A DNA stretch of 64,000 nt from Bacilli bacterium (GCA_041655535.1 JBBAFH010000003.1:72910-136909), one strand, 5' to 3'; numbered from the stretch's first letter, positions 34,601 to 44,264 are shown. Notes: generated from the sequence alone by a model not told the origin. Program-made: numbers and translations.

Positions 34601-37600
34601 TTTAAAAGTTATGTATCCTCATTTTATTTCGAGTGTTGATAGCGGCAACTTTGTTGCTTCTTTAATGGTGGCCAAAGGATTTGTTGAAAAATATAATCGA
34701 CTAGAATTACTGAAAATGATTGAAAGATTAATAAATAAAACAGAATTTCAGTATTTATATACAGACACTGATGTATTTAGTGTTGGATATCATGTTGACC
34801 AAGGTCGATTAGAACCATTTAATTATAATAAATTTATGAGCGAAAGCCGCATTTTAAGTTATTTAGCAATCGCTAAAGGTGACGTTCCTAGTAAGCATTG
34901 GTTTGGTCTTGATAAAACGTTAATAGCTTATAAAAATAAAAAAGGTTTATCATCATGGTCTGGTACTTTCTTTGAATATTATATGCCACTTCTATTTATG
35001 CCAAGTTATGCTAATACGATAATTGATGAGGCTTATCATTTTGCATACTATGTTCAAAGTGATTATATGAAAAAGTATAACAAAAATTATCCGTGGGGAA
35101 TTTCAGAATCCGCTTATAATGATCTAGATGATGCTCAAAACTATAAATATAAAGCATTTGGTATTCCACAGTTAAGGCTTCGGGAGGAAGCAAGTGAAAG
35201 AGTTGTTATATCTCCATATAGTTCCCTTCTAGCCTTACCTCTATTTCCAAAAGAAGTTATTAAAAATATTGAAAAATTTAAACCACTTAATATGTTTGGT
35301 AAATATGGATTATATGAATCATATGATTGTTTAGATGAATCACCAGTTGTATCATATTACGCCCATCATCAAGCAATGATTTTAGGAAGTCTTACAAACT
35401 TTTTAACAGATGGTGTTATTCAATCATATTTTTACAAAGATATTCGTAATCAAGCTGTTGATATGTTAATAAAAGAAAAGGTTCAATTAAGACCACACAT
35501 TAATTATGAGACAATGAGGTATAAGAAATATACATATGAGAAAGAATCTTTTGTTAATGATATTAGAGTTTATAATCAAATATCAAAACTACCTGAGTTG
35601 TCGGTTTTATCAAATTCAAAGTATAGTGTTATTATTAATGATCGAGGGAATGGATATAGTAAATATTATCAAATTAGATTAAATAGATATCGTAAGGTTA
35701 CTGAAAGGGATTATGGACAATTTTTATATATTAAAGATTTACAAACTAAAAAGGTTTGGTCAAACACATATGCCCCAATTAATGTAAAACCGAAAAAATA
35801 TGAAATAGTATATGCTTTAGATAATATAAAATTTGTTAGAGCAGATAAAGATGTTATTACTACTACTGAAATAGTGGTGACAAAATCACACAATGCTGAA
35901 ATAAGAAGAATCACTTTTAAAAATAATGGAAACAAAGATAAAGAGTTGGAATTAACAACTTATACAGAACCTATTTTAGGTCTTAATTCTGATGATATTG
36001 GTCATCCAGTATTTAACAATATGTTTGTCTATAGTGAATACGACAAAAAAACCAATTCTATTATTATGAAAAGGAAATTAAGAAATTCTGATACAAATTA
36101 TTACATGATAAGCCGATTATTTATAGAAGATCCAATTGGTTCCTTTGAGTATGAAACAAATCGTGATAATTTTATCGGTAGAGGTCGTAATACTAATAAT
36201 CCAAAATCAATTCATGAAAAACTTCGTAACTATGTTGGAACTACACTTGATCCAATCATTAGTTTAAGAAATAAAATTTTAGTACCTAAAAATAGTGAAA
36301 AAACAGTTTATTTAATCACTGGTTTTGGAAGATCACGAGAACATGTTTTAAACATTGTTAGAACCTATTGTAATAAACAAGTTATCAATGAAAAAGGGTT
36401 TGAAACGGCTATTATTATGAGTAATGCAAGCAATAAAATGGTTAATATGAGTAGCGATGACCGTCGTTTATATAATACAATGCTTAATTATCTATTACAG
36501 ACAAATTATATTGTTGTAAGCGACGAAATATTTGATAATTTAACTAAAAACACGTTAAATCAAACAAATTTATGGGGCTTTGGAATTTCTGGTGACAGAC
36601 CAATAATATTATTAGACTTAAAAGATTTAAGTGATTTGAGTTTGGTTAAAGAATTATTGCATGCTTTTGAATATTACAAAAGCAAAGCAATTTTCATTGA
36701 TTTGGTTATAATTAATAGTGAAAACGAACAATACGCTAAAGTTATAGCAAAAGAAATAGAAAACGAAAAATATCATATGTATGCTATTAATAACTTCTTC
36801 AATACGCCTGGTTCAATTTTTGTTTTAGATAGAAACAAAATTAGTGAAGAGGATTATATTTTATTAAAAACGGTTGCTAGACTAAAAATTGATAGTAATC
36901 TTCATAATTCACTGCAATACTATATTAATGAACTTCAAAAATTAAACACAGTGAAAACTAAGCATAATGAAAATGAAGTTCCAAGTTTACCGATTAAGTA
37001 TGACAAAAACAAAATAAAATTCTTTAATGAATTTGGTGGTTTTATTAATAATGGTAAAGAATATTTAATAGTTGACCCAAATACTCCTTCAGCTTGGAGT
37101 AATGTCATTTCTAATAAAAACTTTGGAACAGTTATTACTAATAATAACTGTGGGTTCACTTATGCCGTAAACAGTAGAGAGTACAAATTAACGTCTTGGA
37201 CTAATGATGCTTTAGTTAATGATTATTCAGAAGGGTTTAAAATTAATGATATGAAAATCAATTTCAGTCATGTTAAATTTGGATTCGGTTATAGTGAGTA
37301 TATAGGAAACTTTAAACGAGTCGATCTTAATTTAATTCAATTTGTAGCAAAGGAAGATAACGTTAAATTTTATAAGATGAAACTAAAAAACAATTCTGCT
37401 CGTAAACAAAGAATTATTTTGAAGTTTTGGATAAACCCTAATCTTGGGTTTACTGAAGAAAAAACAGGACGTTATTTACTAAGTGAATTTAATGAAAAGA
37501 ATAATTATTTAAGTATCAGAAATGTTTATAGTCAAAAGTTTAATCATTTATATGCATATATGTCTAGTACTGAAAAAATAAACAACGCTATACTCAATAA

Positions 37601-39275
37601 TTTGTTAGTTAAAGAAATTGAAGTTGATTTCTATCTAGATGAAAAGGAAGAAAAAGAATTGGTCTTTACTTTAGGTAGTTCCACTAAAGATAATTTAGAT
37701 ACACTTGTCACGAAATATAATGATATTGCAAAAGTTAATGAAGAATTATCTAATATCAAAAATCATTGGGACGATATATTAACTACTGTTCAAATAAAAA
37801 CACCTGATGAAAGTTTTGATTATATATTAAATGGTTGGGCTTTATATCAAAGTATTGCTTCTAGATTACAAGCACGTGCAGGATTTTATCAAGTTGGTGG
37901 TGCATATGGATTTCGTGATCAATTACAAGATTCAATGAATGTATGCAGTATTGATCCTAGTATTACAAGGAATCAAATATTATTTAATGCTGCTCACCAA
38001 TTTAAAGAAGGAGATGTTCTTCATTGGTGGCACCCTAAATTAGATATTGGCTTGCGTTCATTATATAAGGATGATTATTTGTGGTTAATCTACGCAATTA
38101 GTGAGTATCTAAAAATTACTGAAGATTTTAGTATTTTAGATGAACAAGTACCATTTATTACAGGATTCGCACTTGAACCACACGAACATGAAAAGCTAAT
38201 TAATTACAAAGTTGGCGAAGAAACGTCTAGTATTTATGATCGTTGTATATTAATAATAAATAAAGCAATGAATGAACTAGGTCAAAATGGTTTACCCCTT
38301 ATGGGTGGTGGTGACTGGAACGATGGGATGAATAAGATAGGTATTGAAGGAAAAGGAACCAGTGTTTGGCTAGGATTTTTCTTGTACCAATTAATTAATG
38401 AATTCATGGCATTTGTTGATAAATATGATGCTAATATTGATTTAAGCATTTATAATGATTTTAACAAAGAACTAAAAGAATCTTTAAGAAATGTTGCGTG
38501 GGATGGTAAGTATTATTTAAGAGCTTTCTTTGATAATGGTCAACCAGTAGGATCAAATACTAATGAAGAATGCACAATAGATTTATTATCACAAAGTTTC
38601 GCCATATTATCTGGTGTAGCCGATTCTAAACAAATTGATACAATGATTGAGTCAGTAGAAACTAAGTTAGTTGATAATGATTTAAAAATTATTAAACTTT
38701 TGACACCAGCATTCTCTAAAAACAAAAATAATCCAGGATATATTATGGATTATCCTAAAGGAATTAGAGAAAATGGTGGTCAATATACTCATGCTGTCGC
38801 TTGGTACATTCAAGCCCTACTAAAAATAGGAAAGAATGATTTAGCATTCGATCACTATCAAATGATGAATCCAATTAATCGCACTAAAACTAAGGAAGAT
38901 GCATTGAAATATAAAGTTGAACCATATGTTTTTGTAGCGGATATCTATAGTAACGAAAATTTTGCTGGTCAAGGTGGATGGAGTTGGTATACCGGAACTA
39001 GTGGTTGGTTTTACAATGTCGCCCTTACAGATATTATTGGATTTAATTTAAGAGGTGACAAATTATATGTCACTCCTAATGTTCCGATTAAATGGAATGA
39101 CTTTGAAATAACTTATCGTTATCAAGACACGGTTTATAAAATAAAAGTTATGCTAAAAGAACCTAAAGACGAGATTATAATTGATAATAAAGTTACCTAT
39201 TATAATTATATAGAGTTAATAAATGATAAGAAAATACACACAGTTTTAGTAAAGAAAGGAGAGCAAAATGATTAA
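31611..39275 (+). CDS. giant multidomain glucan synthase, cyclic beta-1,2-glucan synthase (Cgs/NdvB/ChvB)-like: N-terminal region + GT-A glycosyltransferase + TM segments + C-terminal GH94-type phosphorylase domain
   Basis: 2554 aa. GT-A signatures ITLDVDTE (DxD) and RRSRWARGD (QxxRW-like), with multiple TM helices on either side. C-terminal region carries GGAYGFRDQLQDSMN, GGGDWNDGMN and WSWYTGTSGW, typical of GH94 (cellobiose/chitobiose phosphorylase-like) catalytic domains. RBS GGTGGTGGTGA. Confidence 0.7.
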   Translation: MISGNEFNRIRKHYNKLIKMINNHFFVGIVNEWIIDNYYLLVEQKDSIKKFTKDKKAYSYTSKYLNMYDVFKTILEKYNYKIDENIIIKEVIDYQKTTGYNLKYKELSIIPLVIKVLLLREVSIICEEESSKLNDKKEVKNIINKLKKMVLNNEEIDLAKYINLNKMSSYGVVYFNEQFKELGEYSNVVFKQFNSLLENNNKVMIDIINKEHLKSTESNIIINNIFLSFKETNIFVMENIYEKVNDVEKLLQEDKLYSKMTLETKTLIRQHLLKRARQDKVTADTLVKDILDDYNNISDGLLKKKDYGFLKVIFYLVIVFAITAILSYYLSVFLTSYRLLGFLALLIPISEIVNIVVQNMFLRLFRTKPLAKLDFSKGIPSNHKTMVVIPTIVKTEEKIKQVFTSLEKYYLINKTSNLYFTLLSDAFENNEENHQNDSTIISSGVAEAERLNKIYGKNIFHFVYRRRIYNKGEGTWLGFERKRGALLHFNDLLLGNMNEEEQKKYFKVHTFHNFHHKIKYVITLDVDTELVLNSALKLAGTMAHPLNRPILNESKTKVIAGYGILQPRISLEVEASNKSLFSQIYAGIGGFDPYSNLYPNFYQDVFKEGTFYGKGIYDLKVYQQVLKKRFPNNLILSHDLVEGNYLRAGNVTDIDLIDGFPSKFLVDASRRSRWARGDMQVISWIGNKVRNESGIKEKNPISLLGKWKIIDNIRRGLINVFLLIILFLALNSNIVNPNWWLLFVILIYILPIIIQVIENFVISRSSFSSLKYYRILVFGYRALILRAITELSIIPYNAYLYLNSFVRSIYRMTISKKHLLNWVTADDAAKLVKTNLGNTIKQFWINTFLAIILIVWALYSKEHQLLKLVLSFIFMLGPVITYLISKDLAHDKNKIEKDGIETLNNLAKSTWSYFSDNLTEENNYLIPDNYQENRDIKPDIKTSPTNIGLSLVSVISACELKLINTDEALHLLEKIITSIKKLDKWHGHLYNWYDIKTLKVMYPHFISSVDSGNFVASLMVAKGFVEKYNRLELLKMIERLINKTEFQYLYTDTDVFSVGYHVDQGRLEPFNYNKFMSESRILSYLAIAKGDVPSKHWFGLDKTLIAYKNKKGLSSWSGTFFEYYMPLLFMPSYANTIIDEAYHFAYYVQSDYMKKYNKNYPWGISESAYNDLDDAQNYKYKAFGIPQLRLREEASERVVISPYSSLLALPLFPKEVIKNIEKFKPLNMFGKYGLYESYDCLDESPVVSYYAHHQAMILGSLTNFLTDGVIQSYFYKDIRNQAVDMLIKEKVQLRPHINYETMRYKKYTYEKESFVNDIRVYNQISKLPELSVLSNSKYSVIINDRGNGYSKYYQIRLNRYRKVTERDYGQFLYIKDLQTKKVWSNTYAPINVKPKKYEIVYALDNIKFVRADKDVITTTEIVVTKSHNAEIRRITFKNNGNKDKELELTTYTEPILGLNSDDIGHPVFNNMFVYSEYDKKTNSIIMKRKLRNSDTNYYMISRLFIEDPIGSFEYETNRDNFIGRGRNTNNPKSIHEKLRNYVGTTLDPIISLRNKILVPKNSEKTVYLITGFGRSREHVLNIVRTYCNKQVINEKGFETAIIMSNASNKMVNMSSDDRRLYNTMLNYLLQTNYIVVSDEIFDNLTKNTLNQTNLWGFGISGDRPIILLDLKDLSDLSLVKELLHAFEYYKSKAIFIDLVIINSENEQYAKVIAKEIENEKYHMYAINNFFNTPGSIFVLDRNKISEEDYILLKTVARLKIDSNLHNSLQYYINELQKLNTVKTKHNENEVPSLPIKYDKNKIKFFNEFGGFINNGKEYLIVDPNTPSAWSNVISNKNFGTVITNNNCGFTYAVNSREYKLTSWTNDALVNDYSEGFKINDMKINFSHVKFGFGYSEYIGNFKRVDLNLIQFVAKEDNVKFYKMKLKNNSARKQRIILKFWINPNLGFTEEKTGRYLLSEFNEKNNYLSIRNVYSQKFNHLYAYMSSTEKINNAILNNLLVKEIEVDFYLDEKEEKELVFTLGSSTKDNLDTLVTKYNDIAKVNEELSNIKNHWDDILTTVQIKTPDESFDYILNGWALYQSIASRLQARAGFYQVGGAYGFRDQLQDSMNVCSIDPSITRNQILFNAAHQFKEGDVLHWWHPKLDIGLRSLYKDDYLWLIYAISEYLKITEDFSILDEQVPFITGFALEPHEHEKLINYKVGEETSSIYDRCILIINKAMNELGQNGLPLMGGGDWNDGMNKIGIEGKGTSVWLGFFLYQLINEFMAFVDKYDANIDLSIYNDFNKELKESLRNVAWDGKYYLRAFFDNGQPVGSNTNEECTIDLLSQSFAILSGVADSKQIDTMIESVETKLVDNDLKIIKLLTPAFSKNKNNPGYIMDYPKGIRENGGQYTHAVAWYIQALLKIGKNDLAFDHYQMMNPINRTKTKEDALKYKVEPYVFVADIYSNENFAGQGGWSWYTGTSGWFYNVALTDIIGFNLRGDKLYVTPNVPIKWNDFEITYRYQDTVYKIKVMLKEPKDEIIIDNKVTYYNYIELINDKKIHTVLVKKGEQND

Positions 39276-40470
39276 ATTTGATTTTAACACTTATATGAAA
39301 TCATTTGATAGAGTTGGAAATTATCAGTCTAAAATAAATAAAATAATTAATTTATTAGAAACAGGAACATCGATGAATGATTGGTATGATATAGACAAAT
39401 GTATTACGCCAGGAGTTTTAGAAGATATTTTAGAAACAAGTAAATATATTCGTAATAATTGTGATGTTTTTATTGTTATTGGAGTGGGTGGATCATCATT
39501 AGGTGCAAAAGCTGTTGTTGATGCATTCAAACCTTATTTCAAAAAAAGCAATCCCGAAATAATCTTTTTGGGATCATCACTATCATCAGTTTATTTAAAA
39601 GAATTGTTAAAATATATTGAAGGTAAAGAGGTAATTATTAATGTGATTTCTAAATCCGGGACGACTTTTGAAACAAATCTATATTTTGAATATATCTACA
39701 AGGAACTTAATAAAAGATATGTTGAAGACGAGCTTAATAAAAGAATAATTATAACAACTGATGCAAAAGAAGGAAGTCTTAGACAATTAGTTAATCAAAA
39801 AAATTACAAATCTTTTGTTTTACCAAGTAATATTGGTGGGAGATATTCAGTTATGACAGTTGTTGGTCTTTTACCAATAGCGGTTTCAGGTATAGATATA
39901 AATGAAATGATTCTTGGTGCCAAAGCATTAGATAAACAGAAATCTTTTGATTATGCTGTCAGCAGGGATCTTTTATACAAATACGGAAAAAAAGTGGAAT
40001 CACTTACTATTTATGAACCAAAACTATTATCATTAGTTGAAAGTATCAAACAAGTACTTGCTGAAACCCAAGGAAAAGAAGGTAAAGCTATTTTGCCAAT
40101 TGCTTCGATTAATACTGGAGATCTGCACTCTTTGGGGCAGTTTTATCAAGAAGGCAGTCAAATATTATTTGAAACAGTTATTAACGTTGAATATAATAAC
40201 GATATCGTTATATCTAAATATAATAAAAAATTAGATGATATAAACAAAATAGTTGCTAGTCAAGTAGCGACTTCTCATATGAAAAATGATGTTTATAGTA
40301 ATTTTATATCACTTGATGCATTAACTCCTTTTAATATAGGTCAACTAATTTATTTCTTTGAAATAGCCGCAGCAGCAGGTGCATACCTACTTGAAGTGGA
40401 ACCATTTGGTCAACCTGGTGTAAGTGAATATAAAAAATTAGTTGCAAGGGAACTTGATAATAATGAGTAA
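39268..40470 (+). CDS. pgi: glucose-6-phosphate isomerase (short, Bacillus/archaeal-type PGI)
   Basis: 400 aa, ...VIGVGGSSLGAKAV..., ...ISKSGTTFET..., GGRYSVMTVVGLLP. Start overlaps the giant gene's stop by 8 nt. Confidence 0.8.
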   Translation: MIKFDFNTYMKSFDRVGNYQSKINKIINLLETGTSMNDWYDIDKCITPGVLEDILETSKYIRNNCDVFIVIGVGGSSLGAKAVVDAFKPYFKKSNPEIIFLGSSLSSVYLKELLKYIEGKEVIINVISKSGTTFETNLYFEYIYKELNKRYVEDELNKRIIITTDAKEGSLRQLVNQKNYKSFVLPSNIGGRYSVMTVVGLLPIAVSGIDINEMILGAKALDKQKSFDYAVSRDLLYKYGKKVESLTIYEPKLLSLVESIKQVLAETQGKEGKAILPIASINTGDLHSLGQFYQEGSQILFETVINVEYNNDIVISKYNKKLDDINKIVASQVATSHMKNDVYSNFISLDALTPFNIGQLIYFFEIAAAAGAYLLEVEPFGQPGVSEYKKLVARELDNNE

Positions 40471-41830
40471 AATAAATCCATTAATTTTTAGAGCTTATGA
40501 TATTAGAGGTATCTATCCGATTGATATTAACGAAGAAATGGCTTTTATAATAGGTTGCAGTTTTGGAACTTATATTACTAGTATTGGTAAAACAGAAGCT
40601 TTAGTTGGATACGATAACCGTTTATCTTCTCCTTCTTTAAGGGATTCGTTAATTAAAGGAATTACTAGTACCGGAATCAACGTTATCGATCTAGGGCTTA
40701 TTACAACACCGATGTTTTATTATGCTAGAACATATTTAAATGTTTGGTCTGGAATAATGATTACAGCAAGCCATAATCCAAGTGATCATAATGGATTTAA
40801 ATTATCTTTTACCGAAATTGGAAATGCTCTTGGAGAAGAAATTACCGATTTTTATAATTTTACGATCAAGGGAGAATTTATAGATGGAAATGGTACTATA
40901 AATCATTACAATATTAAAAACGACTATATAGAACTTATTAAAAATTCCCTTGATTTGGGAGGTAAAAAAATCAAAGTGGTTGTTGATTGTGGGAACGGAA
41001 CTACATCAGTTGTCATAAAAGATATTCTTGATTCATTACCAATTGTTTATGAGTTGATGTATGCAGAAAGCGATCCAACTTTTCCAAATCATCATCCTGA
41101 TCCATCAGTGCCAGAAAACTTAATTGATCTTCAAAAACGAGTAGTTGAGTTAAATTGCGATTTAGGACTTGCTCTAGATGCTGATGGAGACCGTATTGGA
41201 CTTGTCGATAATTTAGGCAATGTTATTGATAGTGATTTATATATGATTATAATGTATCGTTATTTAAGTAAAAATATGAAAAATAAGACGGCGCTTTATG
41301 ACGTAAAATGTTCAAAATCATTGATTAATGAAATAGATAAACTTGGTTTAAAACATATTATGAATCGTACTGGTAATTCATATGTATACAGAAGACTTCA
41401 TCAAGAAAATATTGAATTTGGTGGAGAATATTCTGGACATATCTTCTTTAAAGATAAATTTCCAGGATTTGATGATGGTATTTATGCTGGTCTTAGAATG
41501 GTTGAAGTATTGTCAACAACTGGTAAAATGATAAGTGAATTATCAGAAGGGATTAATAAATATTATTCGACTGATGAAATAAAAGTAACAGTTGCTGATG
41601 AAAAAAAATTCAAGGTAATAGAAAAGATAAAAGAAATATTGAAAAATAAAAAAATACCATTTAAAGATATTGATGGTGTAAGAGTTGAAACGAATGACTT
41701 TTGGGTGTTAGTAAGAGCTTCAAATACAACGCCTAACTTAACAGTTAGATTTGAGGCTAATAGTGAAAAGTTACTTGAAAAAATAAAAGATGAATATTTT
41801 GAACTAATTAATAAAGTAATAAAAGGATAA
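40463..41830 (+). CDS. phosphoglucomutase/phosphomannomutase (alpha-D-phosphohexomutase family)
   Basis: MSKINPLIFRAYDIRG..., active-site TASHNP, metal loop DADGDR, GEYSGH. The ATG at 40463 overlaps the pgi stop in the form ATGAGTAA. Confidence 0.8.
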   Translation: MSKINPLIFRAYDIRGIYPIDINEEMAFIIGCSFGTYITSIGKTEALVGYDNRLSSPSLRDSLIKGITSTGINVIDLGLITTPMFYYARTYLNVWSGIMITASHNPSDHNGFKLSFTEIGNALGEEITDFYNFTIKGEFIDGNGTINHYNIKNDYIELIKNSLDLGGKKIKVVVDCGNGTTSVVIKDILDSLPIVYELMYAESDPTFPNHHPDPSVPENLIDLQKRVVELNCDLGLALDADGDRIGLVDNLGNVIDSDLYMIIMYRYLSKNMKNKTALYDVKCSKSLINEIDKLGLKHIMNRTGNSYVYRRLHQENIEFGGEYSGHIFFKDKFPGFDDGIYAGLRMVEVLSTTGKMISELSEGINKYYSTDEIKVTVADEKKFKVIEKIKEILKNKKIPFKDIDGVRVETNDFWVLVRASNTTPNLTVRFEANSEKLLEKIKDEYFELINKVIKG

Positions 41831-41857
41831 TATAATTATCTTTTTTTTTATACTTAT

Positions 41858-42445
41858 TTAGTATATGCCTTCACTTATATCATGGGTGACCATTATGACA
41901 CTTTTTTTTTCTTTTTTGATAATTTTATAAACATCATCTGATACTGCTAACCTCGTTTGATAATCAAGTGCTGAAAAAGGTTCATCTAACAAAAGAATAT
42001 CTGGTTTCGTGGCCAGCGTTCTAATTAGAGCCGCTCTTTGTCGCATCCCCCCGGATAAACTACTAGGATAATTATCCACAAAATCACCGAGGCCATAAGT
42101 ATTTAGTAACTTTATTACGTAATCAGTATTTTCTTTTGTTAATTCATTTTTGATTTCTAAACCAATTAAACAGTTATTTAAAATTGTTCGCCAATTAAAC
42201 AAATTATCTTGTTGTAGCATGTACCCAATTGTAGAATTTTCATTAAAATTAACTGTTCCTTCTGATATTTTTTCTAAACCACATAAAATTGATAGAATAG
42301 TCGACTTTCCGCATCCACTTGGGCCAACAATGGCCACAAACTCCCCTTCATACAAATTAAAAGAAAAGTTATCAACAGCTAATATTTCACCTTGTTTAGT
42401 ATGATAAATTTTCTTTAAGTTTTCAATATTTAATATTTTATTCAT
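41858..42445 (-). pseudogene. N-terminal fragment (195 aa) of the NitT/TauT-type ABC transporter ATP-binding protein, truncated by the insertion
   Basis: Walker A GPSGCGKST, signature LSGGMRQR, Walker B LLLDEPFSALD, H-loop VTHDIS, then an abrupt ...EGIY stop at the element boundary. The remainder is found at 29702..29881. Confidence 0.75.
41864..41878. repeat. right junction repeat (attR-like) TATGCCTTCACTTAT
   Basis: Direct repeat of the 29867-29881 sequence. Lies immediately adjacent to the truncated ATPase N-fragment stop. Confidence 0.55.
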
Positions 42446-43436
42446 TATTATTTTCTACGGAAAAACTTACATCAACTAATTTGTTATATGGAGCTTTTTT
42501 ATTTAATTCTCCTGCAGATTCCATTATTGTTTGAACATGTTCAAAATCTTTTTTTTCAATTTTTGTGGTTTTATACCATGAATCAATACTCTTATATCTG
42601 TCTACCACTTTAGTAACATCATTAATTGATGTGTCTGGAAAATAATCAATTATGTTTTTAGCAATATCTTCTGATTTATTGTTATGAACATAATTTAACC
42701 CTTTTTGAATTGCTCTTGTAAAGCCTTCAATTAATTCTTTGTTGTCATCTATATAACTTTTTTTCGCACTATATGTTGTATACGGAACAACACCACCGAG
42801 TTCACCAACCGATGCAACAACATGACCATATCCTTGTTTTTCTATTTGAAGTGCTAAAGGTTCAAATAGAGTAACATAATCCCCATTACCACCAATAAAT
42901 GATCCTGCCATAGCAGCAAAAGCAATACTTGTATCGATGTTAACATCTTTTTTAGGATTAATGCCATTAGTCTTAAGTGCCCATTCGAATGTCATTTCTG
43001 GCATTCCACCTTTTCGACCACCTATAACATTCATTCCTCTCATGTCACTAAGTTTAAAATTATCAATTTTTTTTCTAGAAACTATGAAACTACCATCTCT
43101 TTTAGTTAAACCCGAAAAATTAATTAGATAATCTTCTTCACCTTCATTATAAATATAAATTGATGCTTCACTTCCACAAAACCCAATATTAACATCTCCA
43201 GATAAAACAGCAGCAGCTACTTTATCGGCACCAGGTACTAACATTAATTCGACATCTAATCCCTCATCTTCAAAATAACCTAAAGAATGTGCAATATATT
43301 GTGGGGCGTAAAAAATACTGTGAGTAACTTCTGCAACTTTTACTTTCGTTAAATCTTTATTTTTGTCTTTGAAAGCAAATAAGGTCCCTAATGCTATTAG
43401 TAAAACAATAAAAATCGATATAATAATTTTTTTCAA
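42438..43436 (-). CDS. ABC transporter substrate-binding protein, NMT1/THI5-like (NitT/TauT family)
   Basis: 332 aa, N-terminal signal/anchor. 8-nt overlap with the ATPase start, so it is the first gene of the SBP-ATPase-permease operon. Confidence 0.7.
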   Translation of the reverse strand: MKKIIISIFIVLLIALGTLFAFKDKNKDLTKVKVAEVTHSIFYAPQYIAHSLGYFEDEGLDVELMLVPGADKVAAAVLSGDVNIGFCGSEASIYIYNEGEEDYLINFSGLTKRDGSFIVSRKKIDNFKLSDMRGMNVIGGRKGGMPEMTFEWALKTNGINPKKDVNIDTSIAFAAMAGSFIGGNGDYVTLFEPLALQIEKQGYGHVVASVGELGGVVPYTTYSAKKSYIDDNKELIEGFTRAIQKGLNYVHNNKSEDIAKNIIDYFPDTSINDVTKVVDRYKSIDSWYKTTKIEKKDFEHVQTIMESAGELNKKAPYNKLVDVSFSVENNNE

Positions 43437-43589
43437 AACAAATTCCTCCTTTTATTTCATTGTTATTATATTCATTATGTTTTTAGGAGTGACATTATAA
43501 AGCGGATATAAAATATGATTATAATGATTACTTTACTTTTTTTGAATTAAATGTTATTATAACGTCATAAATAATTGGGGGGTGTGCCT

Positions 43590-44264
43590 ATGGCTGACTA
43601 TCAATTTGGGAAACAACTAAATATTCTTGAAGTAATGAAAAACAAGTCATATTATGCAAAAGTTTTTTCAGAAGGAAGCGCAGAGTTAGAAAAACTATTG
43701 TTAAATTTATGGAAAAAAAACATAGAGACTTTTATGTGTTGTACTGGTCACGAAATAGATGACGCTGCTTATATTATGATGTACTTACCAACTACCAATA
43801 AAGAAATGATGTATACTATTATTGATGCCGTTTATAATGAAGATCAAACATATATAATTGTTGGAAAAGAACATGATAGAGAAGATATCTTGATTGATAT
43901 TAAGTCTTATTGTGGTAGTAAATTTTTTGAAAATATTAATAGAAGTTTAGAACAGTCAGTAGTTCTTAATAAAATTGATAGTAACATTTCTAATATGATT
44001 GAAATTTTAAGTGAATTTAATTATAAAACATTTGATTTATATTATGAAATTTTTAATATTAGAAATCAAAAAAGATTAGATATATATGCTAATTATTGTA
44101 AAGATAATGGTGATGGATTAACACGTCATCTTCACGTATTAAGAAAAACATCAATTTTGAACGATAAAATTTTTGAAACAAATGCTTTTTCCAAAGATGA
44201 ATTTGAAAGTAAAATAAATGATATAAATAATCGAGGTCATCAAAAAACACATTTTAAAAGATAG
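43590..44264 (+). CDS. hypothetical protein (first gene of the Fic cassette)
   Basis: 224 aa from ATG 43590, with GGGGGTG 5 nt upstream. No recognisable motifs. Confidence 0.5.
   Translation: MADYQFGKQLNILEVMKNKSYYAKVFSEGSAELEKLLLNLWKKNIETFMCCTGHEIDDAAYIMMYLPTTNKEMMYTIIDAVYNEDQTYIIVGKEHDREDILIDIKSYCGSKFFENINRSLEQSVVLNKIDSNISNMIEILSEFNYKTFDLYYEIFNIRNQKRLDIYANYCKDNGDGLTRHLHVLRKTSILNDKIFETNAFSKDEFESKINDINNRGHQKTHFKR

Larger units (their letters stand above)
29867..41878. mobile_element. ~12 kb integrated element inside the ABC ATPase gene: large serine recombinase + cyclic-glucan-synthase-like giant gene + pgi + phosphohexomutase
   Basis: Flanked by imperfect 15-bp direct repeats TATGGCTTCACTCAT (29867-29881) and TATGCCTTCACTTAT (41864-41878) sharing the core CTTCACT. 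The host ATPase ORF is interrupted exactly here. The recombinase gene lies about 150 bp inside the left end. Confidence 0.65.

Noticed and set aside
43575-43589. ORF-track start at 43575 (MGGVPMADY...) for the first Fic-cassette gene
   Set aside because: There is no RBS upstream of 43575, whereas GGGGGTG lies 5-6 nt upstream of ATG 43590, so the downstream start is preferred.
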